The notes beneath the pieces are model-generated. The model did no database searches and was not told where the DNA came from. It worked only from the letters and a program-made list of their open reading frames with translations. A DNA stretch of 64,000 nucleotides from Clostridia bacterium (GTDB lineage: Bacteria > Bacillota > Clostridia > Christensenellales > QALW01). The stretch is taken from assembly GCA_045541035.1 (NCBI GenBank), contig JAZQII010000038.1, positions 1,598 to 65,597 on the forward strand, read 5' to 3'. Position 1 is the stretch's first letter. Each line of letters opens with the position of its first letter. This document shows positions 9,859 through 20,400 of this stretch, one piece after another. The translations under genes and the position numbers were made by a program.

Positions 9859-11216
9859 TAGTTCTTAAGGCTCTGCAGGGGAGCGGGAATTCTGCCTGCA
9901 CGGGAAATAAATTTTGAACAGTCGGCTTTATTTACGGGCATGATAGGTGCTTCGCCTAAAAGACCGCCGAAACTTACCATATCGCCAACACCTTTGCCGA
10001 TAACGGGAATAATTCTAACTGCGGTAGTCTTTGAATTTACCATACCGATTGCCGCTTCATCGGCAATAATACCTGAAATAGTCTCTGCGCTTGTTGTGCC
10101 GGGAACTGCTATCATATCAAGACCAACAGAGCAAACACAAGTCATAGCCTCAAGTTTCTCTAAAGTAAGCGTGCCCGCTTTTGCGGCATTTATCATACCG
10201 ATATCTTCAGAAACGGGAATAAATGCACCTGAAAGACCGCCAACGTAACTTGATGCCATAACACCGCCTTTTTTAACTGCGTCGTTAAGCATTGCAAGGG
10301 CTGCGGTGGTACCTGGGCCGCCCGTTTGAGATAAACCCATTTCCTCTAAAATATGTGCAACGGAATCGCCCATAGTGGGAGTGGGGGCAAGGGATAAGTC
10401 AACTATACCGAACTGTGCAGAAAGAGCATCTGCCGCACGGGAAGCAACAAGTTGTCCCATTCTTGTAATCTTAAATGCGGTTTTCTTAATTTCTTCGGCT
10501 AATTCGCCTAAAGAAGCATCAGGCATTTTTTCTAAAGCACATTTAACAACACCGGGACCTGAAACGCCAACGTTAATAACGCAATCTCCTTCGCCTGCGC
10601 CTAAAAATGCGCCTGCCATAAAGGGGTTATCTTCAACGGCATTACAGAAAACAACTAACTTTGCGCAACCGATACTTCCGCGGTCGGCAGTTTTTTGAGC
10701 AGATTCAACGATAATTTCGCCCATTTTCTTAACGGCATCCATGTTGATACCTGCCCGTGTTGAACCGATGTTTACCGATGAACAGATGTGATCGGTTACC
10801 GCCAACGCTTCGGGAATACTGTTTATAACTGCAAGATCGCCGGGGGTAATTCCCTTATGAACAAGGGCAGAGAAACCGCCTAAAAAGTTTACGCCAACGT
10901 TGTTTGCCGCTTTTTCCAAAGTTTTAGCAAAACAAACTGCATCGTTAATTCTTGAAGCAGAGGCAATGTGAGAAATAGGCGTAACGGATATACGCTTGTT
11001 TACAATGGGAATACCTAAAGTTTTTTCGATTTTTTCTGCTTCTTTAACAAGGTTTTCGGCGCGCTTTGAGATTTTATCGTAAATACGGGTGCAAGCCTTT
11101 GTTGCATCTGAATCGGCGCAATCGTAAAGGGAGATACCCATCGTTACGGTGCGCACGTCAAGATGCTGGTTATCAAGCATTTGAATAGTTTCGTTTACTT
11201 CGTTAAAATTTATCAT
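9858..11216 (-). CDS. UPF0210 (DUF711) family protein
   Basis: 452 aa. N-terminus ...[12 protein letters not shown] and overall length/composition fit the UPF0210 family, which normally follows a UPF0237 ACT-domain gene, as it does here. Confidence 0.8.
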   Translation of the reverse strand: MINFNEVNETIQMLDNQHLDVRTVTMGISLYDCADSDATKACTRIYDKISKRAENLVKEAEKIEKTLGIPIVNKRISVTPISHIASASRINDAVCFAKTLEKAANNVGVNFLGGFSALVHKGITPGDLAVINSIPEALAVTDHICSSVNIGSTRAGINMDAVKKMGEIIVESAQKTADRGSIGCAKLVVFCNAVEDNPFMAGAFLGAGEGDCVINVGVSGPGVVKCALEKMPDASLGELAEEIKKTAFKITRMGQLVASRAADALSAQFGIVDLSLAPTPTMGDSVAHILEEMGLSQTGGPGTTAALAMLNDAVKKGGVMASSYVGGLSGAFIPVSEDIGMINAAKAGTLTLEKLEAMTCVCSVGLDMIAVPGTTSAETISGIIADEAAIGMVNSKTTAVRIIPVIGKGVGDMVSFGGLLGEAPIMPVNKADCSKFISRAGRIPAPLQSLKN

Positions 11217-11228
11217 CTTTTTTCTCCA

Positions 11229-11492
11229 TTACAGACGGTGCATGCTGTTGAAAATTTCTTCTGATTGAATTCTTACTTCAAGATTTTCATCAAATTCCTT
11301 AAAGGAACCCTGAAGACCCTGAATATCAAGATCGCTTTTTTCAAGGCTCAAAAACATAACCATTGTGAAATAATCGTGCAAAATTGTTTGCGTGATATCA
11401 AGAATGTTTACGTTGTGATCACGTAATTTTGCGCTTACGTCAGCAATAATGCCCACTCTGTCATGTCCGATAACTGTTAAAAATGCTTTCAT
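11229..11492 (-). CDS. ACT domain protein (UPF0237 family)
   Basis: 87 aa, MKAFLTVIGHDRVGIIADVSAKL... is a typical ACT fold start. Sits directly upstream of the UPF0210 gene. Confidence 0.8.
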   Translation of the reverse strand: MKAFLTVIGHDRVGIIADVSAKLRDHNVNILDITQTILHDYFTMVMFLSLEKSDLDIQGLQGSFKEFDENLEVRIQSEEIFNSMHRL

Positions 11493-11495
11493 ATG

Positions 11496-11864
11496 TTACT
11501 CCTTTTTATCTAAAAGTATTATTTCTACGTTTTCATCAAGGGCGTTTTCAAGGGACGAAATAAATCCGTTGTCCTTATAAACGTTTTCGGGTTTACCTAA
11601 AATAACCGTATCGATGTTTTTTTCTTTAATGAAATCAACAACGGCCTTTAAGGCGTCTTCGGAATATAAAACCGTCATATCAGCACCTGCTGAATGGGAA
11701 ACGGAATATAAGAACTCCAAAATCGCGCCTTTGTCAACGGCTTCAATATTTTTTGCAACGTGCAGAACGAAAAGATTATCGTCATTTTCGCGGATACTTA
11801 CCGCATGGTCAATAAGCTTTTGGCAAGTGTTCTGCAAGGTGACACATACCATGATATTTTTCAA
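11496..11864 (-). CDS. Universal-stress-protein-like (KdpD Usp-domain-like) protein
   Basis: 122 aa, NIMVCVTLQNTCQKLIDHAVSI...LFVLHV pattern resembles Usp/adenine-nucleotide alpha-hydrolase folds. No clear ATP-binding G-x2-G-x9-G(S/T) motif. 3-nt gap to the ACT gene. Confidence 0.45.
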   Translation of the reverse strand: MKNIMVCVTLQNTCQKLIDHAVSIRENDDNLFVLHVAKNIEAVDKGAILEFLYSVSHSAGADMTVLYSEDALKAVVDFIKEKNIDTVILGKPENVYKDNGFISSLENALDENVEIILLDKKE

Positions 11865-11869
11865 AAAAA

Positions 11870-12340
11870 TCAGTCCTCGATATTTATGATAATGTTCTGA
11901 TGGGTTTTTACTTTGATTTTCTGCCCTTCAGTTAAGTCAGGGTAAGGGAGAGCGCAAAGAAAATATAAGGTGCGCTCAAAAACTTCATTTTCGTCATTAA
12001 AAGTGCAGATGACTCTTAAAAGGCGAACACCGTCATGCTCGGTATAATCATCAAATTTTTTAAAAAAATAGGTATCTTCCTGATAAATACCGCTGTTCAC
12101 GTTTTTAAAAAGCTTTAAAAGTTTGTTTTTATCAAAGATAAGACCGTAATAGAAGAGCACAAGAATAATAACGGAAAGAACACCCGTTAAAATTGACACC
12201 CATAATATGTTTATGTAAAAACTAAAAATGTATGCCGTTAAAAAAACAAGCGCAAGAATAATAAATATTATCATCAGCATATTGCGCTTTTTTCTTAATT
12301 TTTCAAAAAAATCTTCTTTTAATAAGTTCATATAAAACAC
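11870..12340 (-). CDS. Membrane protein, unknown function (two TM segments plus a soluble C-terminal domain)
   Basis: 156-aa ORF, two hydrophobic helices and a ~80-aa C-terminal domain. 5-nt gap to the next gene. The start could be 12340 or 12331. Confidence 0.55.
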   Translation of the reverse strand: MFYMNLLKEDFFEKLRKKRNMLMIIFIILALVFLTAYIFSFYINILWVSILTGVLSVIILVLFYYGLIFDKNKLLKLFKNVNSGIYQEDTYFFKKFDDYTEHDGVRLLRVICTFNDENEVFERTLYFLCALPYPDLTEGQKIKVKTHQNIIINIED

Positions 12341-12387
12341 CCAACGAGTATTATACCAAAGATTTAAAAAAAATGCTATAAGAATTT

Positions 12388-12422
12388 TATAAAAAGAGCC
12401 GAATTTTTAATAAATTCGGCTC
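12388..12422 (-). terminator. Intrinsic terminator after htrA-like gene
   Basis: 11-bp stem GAGCCGAATTT (12396-12406) / AAATTCGGCTC (12412-12422). A T-run follows on the minus strand. Confidence 0.8.
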
Positions 12423-12429
12423 AAATATA

Positions 12430-13845
12430 TCAATTAGCCTCAGAAAGAGTCAATTCAATTTCAATGGGATCTGAATCGTATTGCACTGACCAACCTGAAA
12501 TAGTTGCCCTATAAACGGTAAGTTTAACTTTATCGCCGGGTTTTTTAGTAAGCAGGAAAGAAGAATATTCTGCCATGCTGGAAATGGGGGTAGAGTCGAT
12601 AGCGTAAATAATATCGTATTGTTTAAGTCCTGCTTCACGTTCGTTATCACCGGTTATTGCAGTAATGCAAAGACCGCGAGGAAGAGTGTTCCAACCTGTC
12701 ATTCTGAAAACAGATGAAGGAAGCGCAAGAGTCAGGTTAATGGTTGCGCGGTTCTTTACGTGACCGTAATTCAAAAGATCGTTTAAAATAGGCGCCGCTT
12801 CATCAAAAGTAATGGCAAAACCCATGTTTTCATAGCCTTCCGCAACGATTTTTGAAGATGTAATGCCGATAACGTTGCCGTAAAGATCAATTAAGGGACC
12901 GCCGCTGTTACCGGGGTTTATGGCAGTATCGGTCTGGATACAGTGCATGATGTATCCCGTTGAATAATCCTGAATTGCGCGGTTTACTGCAGAAACTATT
13001 CCGCTTGTAACACTTGAAGAGAAGTCAATTCCGCCGGGGTTGCCGATTGCAAGAACGCTGTCAGCAACATTTACGTTTTCAGCGGAAGTGAAGTTTGCAA
13101 CGGTAAGTTTGGTTTTACCCGGATCGATCTTTAAAAGCGCAAGGTCTGTAACGGTATCGGAACCGATAATTTTTGCATCGAAAATAGTTCCGTCAAAAAG
13201 AACGACCTGAACCGTTGAAGCACCCTGAATAACGTGGGCGTTTGTTATGATATAACCGTCTTCTCTGCTTATAATACCGCTGCCTTCGGAATAAAGGCTT
13301 GAAGTATCAGATGAGCCGAAATAGTTATTCGTTGTGTAACATTGAATGCAAACAACGCTGGGAATAACTTTCTGTGCCGCTTGCTGCGGAGTAAGAATCT
13401 GTCCTTCGATAAGCACAGGAGTAGGCGTTGGCGAAACAACAACAACCGAATCAAAGGCAACACCGTCGGAAGTTATATTATTTTCAGGCTCCTTTGTTGA
13501 AATAACGGGGGATGAAGATTCAATAGGCTTCTTATTGAGTTCGGAATTACCTGAACCGCCTGAAGAAACAAGCGAAACAACACATATTCCCAAAGATACT
13601 ATGGTAATGCAAAGAAGAACGGCAATAATGGACACGAAACAACCGTTGCCTGCAAAAATATTTTTCTTTTGTTTTTGCGCGCCAACGTTGGTATTATAGC
13701 CGTTATTTTGAGAATATCCTGAATAATTGGGATTATAGGTATAGCGTATTCCCGAAGAATTTTGATCATTGACGTTTTGTTCTTGTGTATTTTGAACGTC
13801 TTCACTGTTAAAATTATTCTGATCAAAGGTGTTGTTTTCGCTCAT
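12430..13845 (-). CDS. HtrA/DegP-family serine protease (S1C) with PDZ domain and N-terminal Q/N-rich cytoplasmic tail
   Basis: Catalytic motifs TNAHV, D-L-A-L-L-K and GNSGGPL. One TM segment. C-terminal PDZ-like region. The first ~60 aa are N/Q/Y-rich low complexity. Confidence 0.9.
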   Translation of the reverse strand: MSENNTFDQNNFNSEDVQNTQEQNVNDQNSSGIRYTYNPNYSGYSQNNGYNTNVGAQKQKKNIFAGNGCFVSIIAVLLCITIVSLGICVVSLVSSGGSGNSELNKKPIESSSPVISTKEPENNITSDGVAFDSVVVVSPTPTPVLIEGQILTPQQAAQKVIPSVVCIQCYTTNNYFGSSDTSSLYSEGSGIISREDGYIITNAHVIQGASTVQVVLFDGTIFDAKIIGSDTVTDLALLKIDPGKTKLTVANFTSAENVNVADSVLAIGNPGGIDFSSSVTSGIVSAVNRAIQDYSTGYIMHCIQTDTAINPGNSGGPLIDLYGNVIGITSSKIVAEGYENMGFAITFDEAAPILNDLLNYGHVKNRATINLTLALPSSVFRMTGWNTLPRGLCITAITGDNEREAGLKQYDIIYAIDSTPISSMAEYSSFLLTKKPGDKVKLTVYRATISGWSVQYDSDPIEIELTLSEAN

Positions 13846-13921
13846 AAAAAAATCCTCTCGTTTAAATATCTATAAATATTATAATATCTCATTATGATAA
13901 ATTTATGATAATGAATTGAAA

Positions 13922-13953
13922 ATAAAAAAAAGGATGGTTAAAAATCCATCCTT
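13922..13953 (-). terminator. Intrinsic terminator after rpsR
   Basis: AAGGATGG (13930-13937) / CCATCCTT (13946-13953). The minus strand continues into a T-run. Confidence 0.8.
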
Positions 13954-13963
13954 AAATTATAAA

Positions 13964-14212
13964 TTAGTCTACGCTGTAGGGAAGAAGAGCAACTGTACGT
14001 GCACGCTTAATAGCGGTTGCGAGCTCTCTCTGATGTTTAGCGCAGGTACCTGTCATTCTGCGGGGTTGAATCTTACCACGCTCAGAAATGAACTTACGAA
14101 GCTTTGCTACGTCCTTGTAATCAATAGCTTCAACTTTATCGGCGCAGAATTGGCAAACCTTTCTTCTGGGTCTGCGGTTATTGCGAACCTTCTTAAAATC
14201 CTTTTCGGACAT
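13964..14212 (-). CDS. rpsR: 30S ribosomal protein S18
   Basis: 82 aa, ...RRKVCQFC...IDYKD...[36 protein letters not shown]. Confidence 0.97.
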   Translation of the reverse strand: MSEKDFKKVRNNRRPRRKVCQFCADKVEAIDYKDVAKLRKFISERGKIQPRRMTGTCAKHQRELATAIKRARTVALLPYSVD

Positions 14213-14234
14213 CTTCGTTTCCTCCTAATAAATT

Positions 14235-14657
14235 TTAGAACGGAATCTCCTCATCTTCAACAGTTTCAATATTATCGCCGAAGGGGGGATTACCTAAACT
14301 TGCAGCGCGTGCTGCATCGTCGCCGTTATCGCTGCCGTTGGGGCGTGAAAGGAACTGAACCTCATCAGCCACAACTTCGGTAATATAACGCTTTGAACCA
14401 TCGGGAGCGTCATAAGATCTTGTCTGAATAGAACCTGAAATAGCAGCCTGACTGCCCTTATGCAGATATTTAGCGCAGTTTTCAGCCTGGGCTCTCCAAA
14501 CAACAACAGGAATAAAATCGGCTTCTCTTGTTTGAGAATCGCGGTTAGCAAAGCGACGGTCAACGGCGATAGTAAAAGTGCATACTGCAATTCCGCTGGC
14601 AGTTGCTCGTAATTCAGGATCTCTTGTAAGTCTGCCTATAAGCATTGCTCTGTTCAT
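14235..14657 (-). CDS. ssb: Single-stranded DNA-binding protein
   Basis: MNRAMLIGRLTRDPELR... OB fold, with an acidic C-terminal tip ...DEEIPF. Confidence 0.95.
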   Translation of the reverse strand: MNRAMLIGRLTRDPELRATASGIAVCTFTIAVDRRFANRDSQTREADFIPVVVWRAQAENCAKYLHKGSQAAISGSIQTRSYDAPDGSKRYITEVVADEVQFLSRPNGSDNGDDAARAASLGNPPFGDNIETVEDEEIPF

Positions 14658-14682
14658 AAATCAAAACTCCCTTAAAAATAAA

Positions 14683-14970
14683 TTATGCTTCTTTCTTAAT
14701 AACGATGAAGCGCATGATGTCCTCGCTGATTTTGAAGTTTCTTTCAAGCTCTGCGGGGAAAACAGGGTTTGCTGTGAAGTTCATTAAAACATAGAAACCT
14801 TCGCTAATGTAATTGATTTCGTATGCAAGCTTCTTAACGCCCTGCTCTTCGATACCATCAACAGTACCGCCGTTCTCTGTTACGAGATTTGCGAACTTTT
14901 CGATAAGAGCCTTTGTAGCTTCACCGTCAAGTTTGGGGTTGATGATGTAGAGTGTTTCGTACTTATTCAT
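14683..14970 (-). CDS. rpsF: 30S ribosomal protein S6
   Basis: MNKYETLYIINP... 95 aa. Conserved rpsF-ssb-rpsR order. Confidence 0.95.
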   Translation of the reverse strand: MNKYETLYIINPKLDGEATKALIEKFANLVTENGGTVDGIEEQGVKKLAYEINYISEGFYVLMNFTANPVFPAELERNFKISEDIMRFIVIKKEA

Positions 14971-15043
14971 ACTTCAATTCACCTCCTTATGGTCATTTGG
15001 TCTCTCTATTCATAGAGAAACAAGGAAATTTATCTGCCGAACT

Positions 15044-15072
15044 ATAATACCAAAAATAAGAGAATTTGGCAA
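15044..15072 (-). promoter_or_regulatory. Sigma-A type promoter for rpsF-ssb-rpsR
   Basis: Minus strand reads TTGCCA (revcomp of 15067-15072), 17-nt spacer, TATTAT (revcomp of 15044-15049). A ~70-nt leader with a small hairpin (TCTCTA..TAGAGA) precedes the GGAGG RBS. Confidence 0.6.
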
Positions 15073-15185
15073 GCATTTTTTGCTAAATTCACAAAAAAAT
15101 TGTAAAAAAAGAAACTTTGAGTGAAAATATTAGTTTTTTATCTATAATTGACGGATTTTTCTATTGAATTTGATTGAAAATAGTG

Positions 15186-15992
15186 CTAAAATTCTTCACG
15201 TAAAGAGTTTTTGCGATATTTCAGCGGCGAAACACCCACTTGCTTTTTGAAAAAAGAATAAAAATAGACTTCGTTTAAGAAACCGCATTTTTGCGCCACT
15301 TCCGAAATGCTTATATCTGAATATTTTAAAAGTGAGATTGCTTCGCTTAACCGAAGATCGGTTACTGTCTTATGTAGTGATTGACCTACGTATTTATCAA
15401 AAAGTCTGTCAAGTGTTGCGCGGCTTAAATGAAAAGCCTTTGCAATCTTTTCTCCTGAAAGATCTTCCTTTAAATTTGAGTGTATGTATCTTAAAATCGG
15501 CGAGATCGCGTTTTGCGAATCGTCGGAATATACGGGCTTAAAATTATTAAGATGGCAAAAGATCTCAATAAGGCAGGCACAGCGCACGTTTTCAGAAAAT
15601 TTTTCATTAAAAACGTCGTTTATCGCCCTTGATATAACGGGAAGTTCCTCGTCCTCAAAAATCAGCGTTCCCGAAAATATTTTTTCATCAAATAGGTTTT
15701 GAGAAAAGGAAAAGGCATTTTTTGAAAAATATATTACGTGGCGTGAAAATTCTTTTAACTCATTTTCCGATTGCATCAGGTGAACGGTGTAGGGCGGTGT
15801 AATTATAACGCATGGCTTTGTGATCTTAAAAACTTTGCCGTTTAATGTAACGTTCTGGTTTATCGCTTTTTCGCAATAGTAAAGTTCAAAATGGGGATGA
15901 AAGTCAAGATGATCGTACTCCCTTGTGTAGTTAGTTTTGTACACGGTGTTTATTCGTGAGGAAAAAAGAATGTTTTTAAATAAGTAATTCAT
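15186..15992 (-). CDS. AraC-family transcriptional regulator (cupin-like N-domain plus HTH)
   Basis: C-terminal AraC HTH (...ISISEVAQKCGFLNEVYFYSFFKKQVGVSPLKYRK). Divergent from the alcohol dehydrogenase gene. Confidence 0.85.
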   Translation of the reverse strand: MNYLFKNILFSSRINTVYKTNYTREYDHLDFHPHFELYYCEKAINQNVTLNGKVFKITKPCVIITPPYTVHLMQSENELKEFSRHVIYFSKNAFSFSQNLFDEKIFSGTLIFEDEELPVISRAINDVFNEKFSENVRCACLIEIFCHLNNFKPVYSDDSQNAISPILRYIHSNLKEDLSGEKIAKAFHLSRATLDRLFDKYVGQSLHKTVTDLRLSEAISLLKYSDISISEVAQKCGFLNEVYFYSFFKKQVGVSPLKYRKNSLREEF

Positions 15993-16073
15993 TTAACCGG
16001 TCCTTTTGTGAGTGGATTTCTTAGTTATTTTAAAATACAAAATTATTTCTGTCAACAGAAAGGGGAAAATATA

Positions 16074-17174
16074 ATGGCAACAAAAACGAGAGTAGTAGAA
16101 CCTTCCTTCAGAATCGGTGCAGGCAGATATCTGCAAGATAACGGCATTTTAGGTAATATTGGCGGCGAAGTTAAACTTTTAAAAGGTACTAAAGCCTTTA
16201 TAATGGGCGGAACAACGGCACTTTCCATTGCCAAAGATACCGTTACAAAAAGCCTTGAAAAAGAAAAAATCGATTACGTTATCTATGAGTATAAAGGCTT
16301 CTGCGTTCCTGAACATTGCCAGAATATAGTTGATAGCGAAGAATTTAAAAAATGCGATATTGTTATCGGCATCGGCGGCGGCGTTCTAATGGATGCATCA
16401 AAACTTTGTGCGGTGTGGGGGGATAAACCGGTTATCTGTGTACCTACCTCAAGTGCAACCTGCGCTGCTTACGCGCCTTTAAGCGTTACTTATTCTGAAA
16501 TCGGCGAAACTTTAGGCACCAAGCACCATAACCGTGAAGTAAACTGTGTTATTGTGGATATGGATATTTTATCAAAACAGCCTGCAAAACTGTTCGTTTC
16601 AGGCGTTTACGATTCACTTGCCAAACTTATGGAACTTAATCAGCGCCTTATCGGAAAAGATGAGAATGAGATTGAGATCGGTCTTCGCGCATCTTACGAA
16701 TTAAGTAAATTTTTATATGATCGTCTTAACAGTAATTTTGATACTGCTTTAGAAGCCATTAGAGCGGGCAAAGACTGCAAAGAAGTCTATGACTGTGTCT
16801 ACCTTGCCATTGGGCTTACAGGCGTCGTATCAGGGCTTGCAAGGGGCTCAAATCAAACGGCAGTTGCACACAAGATATATGAGTCTGCAAGAAAACTTTT
16901 CCCAAAAATTATTTCAAAGCATCTTCACGGTGAAGTTGTTGCAGTAGGCTTAATTGCCCAACTTGCCTATAACGGTTCTTTTGATGAAGCAAAAGCCTTT
17001 GCCAAAAAAATGCAGGAGAGAGGTATGCTTATTTCTCTTAATTTAATGGGCGTTGAGAAAACAGAAGAAAACTTTAATCTTCTTTATGAAAAGATGCTCA
17101 CTTCAACTGCAATGGCAGGAACAAGCGAAGAAGAACATTTGCAGTTAAAAGAAGCACTTAAACTGATAATTTAA
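16074..17174 (+). CDS. Iron-containing alcohol dehydrogenase family protein (glycerol-dehydrogenase-like)
   Basis: GIGGGVLMDASK nucleotide-binding motif and conserved His residues (..HKIYE.., HLHGEVVAVG). ATG at 16074 after GAAAGGGGA; the track's upstream extension is unlikely. Confidence 0.8.
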   Translation: MATKTRVVEPSFRIGAGRYLQDNGILGNIGGEVKLLKGTKAFIMGGTTALSIAKDTVTKSLEKEKIDYVIYEYKGFCVPEHCQNIVDSEEFKKCDIVIGIGGGVLMDASKLCAVWGDKPVICVPTSSATCAAYAPLSVTYSEIGETLGTKHHNREVNCVIVDMDILSKQPAKLFVSGVYDSLAKLMELNQRLIGKDENEIEIGLRASYELSKFLYDRLNSNFDTALEAIRAGKDCKEVYDCVYLAIGLTGVVSGLARGSNQTAVAHKIYESARKLFPKIISKHLHGEVVAVGLIAQLAYNGSFDEAKAFAKKMQERGMLISLNLMGVEKTEENFNLLYEKMLTSTAMAGTSEEEHLQLKEALKLII

Positions 17175-17205
17175 TGATTGAATATTTATAATAAAAAAAA
17201 TATAA

Positions 17206-17223
17206 ATATCCACTTGTGGATAA
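17206..17223. promoter_or_regulatory. Inverted pair of DnaA-box-like 9-mers
   Basis: ATATCCAC-TT-GTGGATAA. TGTGGATAA (17215-17223) is the exact reverse complement of the TTATCCACA consensus; the partner ATATCCACT has two mismatches. Confidence 0.35.
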
Positions 17224-17368
17224 AAGGCGGAATTTTATTCCGCAAATAGTAACATTGTCTTGTCTGTCCATATAAGATAAATATACATTTTTATATAATA
17301 TAATGTGTGTTAACAGACGCTTACTTAAAAATTACAAAAGTTTACGGAAAAAAGATAGAGATAAAGAG

Positions 17369-17400
17369 AAAAAACAGCCAATTTTTCGGCTGTTTTTTTC
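17369..17400. terminator. Intrinsic terminator, bidirectional (downstream of addA)
   Basis: ACAGCC (17374-17379) / GGCTGT (17388-17393), flanked by an A-run and a T-run. Confidence 0.75.
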
Positions 17401-17406
17401 TGTAAA

Positions 17407-20400
17407 TTATACAATTTCAACGGTTTTATCAACGTGGAAAAAGTGAATATAAGGATAAACTTTTCTTCCCGGATAAAGTTGTTCAAGGGCGGCTTTATAC
17501 ATCTTTAACTGTGGGGTGTGATGTAAAACGTGTTCATCAAGATCGCCATTTATATAATCGGTCTTATAGTCAAGAAGAACTATGTCATCACCCTCGAAGA
17601 AATAGCAGTCGATAATACCCTGAACAAGAGATTCATCACCCGTATCGTCAAAGGGAATTATGTGGCAAAATGACCGCTCTCTCAAGATAAGAGAACTGTT
17701 TTTCATTCTTAATCCAAAGGGCGAATTAAGGAAAGAATCAATTTGTTTAAAGGGAATTGCCTCAAATTCTTCATTGGTTAAAATGCCTGAAGAAAGCATA
17801 TCTTCCGCCTGCTCGCGTGCAGACTTTTCGCTGTCAAACAAAACGTGTTCCATAAAGAAGTGAACCACCGTTCCTTTTTGTGCGCCTTTATATTCTTTGT
17901 CTTCAAACATAGGCTTTCTTAATGGAATTTTTGTGCGGATAGCCTTTTTGCTTGGCGATTGCTTTGTTCTTTGAGTTGTTGATGAAGCGTAGGGATAAAC
18001 CCATGAAAAATCTTCTTTTATTTTTTCAAGGTACGCGTTTTTATCAAAGTCATCTTCAACAACTTCCTCTTTCTTGGCTTCGGGAGGATCTATGCCGATT
18101 TTTACAGAGATTTTCCACGTATCGTCATCATAAAGATCAAGATCTCTGTCATCAAAAAACAGATCGCGAAGATCGCTTGCATTTTTGTGATAATAGAAAA
18201 GAGGCATAAGAAGATCTGAAAAACAACTGTAATTTCTTAAAACCGCATCTGATAAAGGAGTGCATTTTTTAGAAAGTTTCTTTTCCTCGTCTGCAACGGA
18301 GATTATAAGTTTGTTTTTTGCGCGGGTAAGTGCAACGTATAAAACGCGCATTTCTTCGGCAAGATACTGTTGTTTTTTTGTGCGGTTTATTGCAAGTTTT
18401 CCGGGGGAAACGAATTTTGTTCTCACGTTATAATTATCGGCTATCGTATAATCAAAAGCAATACCGAAATTTTCGTTTGCCTTTACCGTATCACTGTCAA
18501 CGGAAGAATGGTCGGAACAACCGATGAGAATTACAACGGGAAATTCAAGACCTTTTGATTTATGAGCCGTCATAAAATGAACGGAATTAGCGTTTTCATC
18601 TATAACGAAGGAAGGATCGTCAGGTTCGTTAAGTTTCTTGTGATAATCAAGAAATCCTAAAATACCTTTATCGGAAAATTCGCTGTATTCCCGCGCAAGA
18701 GAAATAAGTTTTTTCAACGCTTCCTGCTCTTTTGAGTTTTTGGGCATATAGGAAGTGTGATAAACGTAACCCGTTTCATTGGCAACGTACTCTATAAAAT
18801 CGCCGAGACTCATTGATTTTTCAATAAGTTCAAGATTATCAAGAAGCGTGAAGAAATCATCAATTTTCTTTTTGATATTTTCTTCATTATCGTAATTTTT
18901 AAGGGCGGTATAAAAGGAAGTTTGCTGGGATTTAGCGCGAACTTTTGCAAGTTCGGTTGGGGTAAAGCCGCCGATGGGCGAAAGCATTACCGTAACAAGA
19001 TCTACGTCGCTTTTCCTTAAAACAAGAAGATTAAGTAAAGCAATTATTGTAACGGTGGTATCCGTATCGTCATTAGGTTCTTTTTTCTGATTTATGTAGG
19101 GAATGCCCATTTCTTTAAAAATTTCCATAAGGCGCATACCCGAAGTTCTGTTTCTTCCCAAAATTGCAATATCACTGTATCTTAACGGTCTGAGTTTTCC
19201 GTTATCGTAAAGGCTCATCTTCATTAGTTCCTGAATTTTTAAAGCGATCATATAAGATTCCTGATCGGTTGAGCCTACCGTTACCATTAACTCATTTGAG
19301 CATTCATCGGGAGCATTTGTATCGGTGTAGTAAAGGCAATCGGAATATTGGGGCGAATCTTTTTCAGGGGAAGGATAAAGGCAAGCATCGCTGTCATATA
19401 CGATTTCTGAAATCTTTTTGTTATTCATGTATTTCTTGAAAAGGAAATTTACGCCCTCAAGAATATTGGGGAATGAACGGAAATTATTTTTAAGTATTAA
19501 AAGATCACCGTCAACATTCTGCCCGTACATATCCATTTTCTTTCTGAACATATCGGGGCGCGCGTCCTGAAATCCGTAAATACTTTGCTTAACGTCACCG
19601 ACAAAGAACATATTCTTGCCCTTTGAAAGGGAAGTAATAATGTGTGTGTGGAACTCGTTTTCGTCCTGATACTCGTCAATATAGATATAATCGGTGTTAT
19701 TTTTTATATCTTCTCTTATATCTTCGTTTTCTTCGATTAGCCTGAGCCCGTGAGATAAAACACCGTCAAAATCCGTACCGCCTTCATTAAGCATGATCTC
19801 TTCTGTTTTTTTAGAATAGATTTCATGTATTTTAAAGAGACCTTCTATTGCAGGCACAAGATAGGAAAGATCCGTATAAGTATCGCAGGCGGTAAGCGCT
19901 TGTACGTTTGATCGGATCTTCTTTACGATTTCAAAACTGTCAACAAACCGCTGTTTTAAAGGTGATTTATCTTTATTTAATTCCTTAACTTTTCTGATAT
20001 CGGGAAGAGTTTTTAATGCTTCGTTTATTTTTTGAAGATCATTTTGATCAATGGCATTTTGGAAAAAATTTATGTAGTTTTCCGTATGCTCGATAACACC
20101 GATTCCGATGGGAGTGTTATTAAATTCCTTTGAAATTATATGGCATTGTTCAATTGCGCAAAGCAGAAGATTTTTTGATTCTTCAATAAGAAATTCTTCA
20201 AAAATCTTGCCGTTGTTTTCATAAATTTCAATGGTGAATTTTTTGAAATTTTCAGGGTGGGGAATGGGTTTGAGCGCCTTATCAAGCTGAAGTATAATTC
20301 TTTCAAGACTTTTATCTGATTTTTCTGAAGCGAACTGTGTAAGCACTTCTCCGTATTCAGGGAAAAGCCCGTCATTATAGAGTTTTGAGCATTCTTCAAG

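Noticed and set aside
17313-17465. 50-codon basic ORF (MCVNRRLLKNYKSLRKKDRDKEKKQP…) in the adh-addA spacer
   Set aside because: It has no RBS, runs through the bidirectional terminator and into the addA 3' end, and its A-rich sequence naturally yields Lys/Arg codons.
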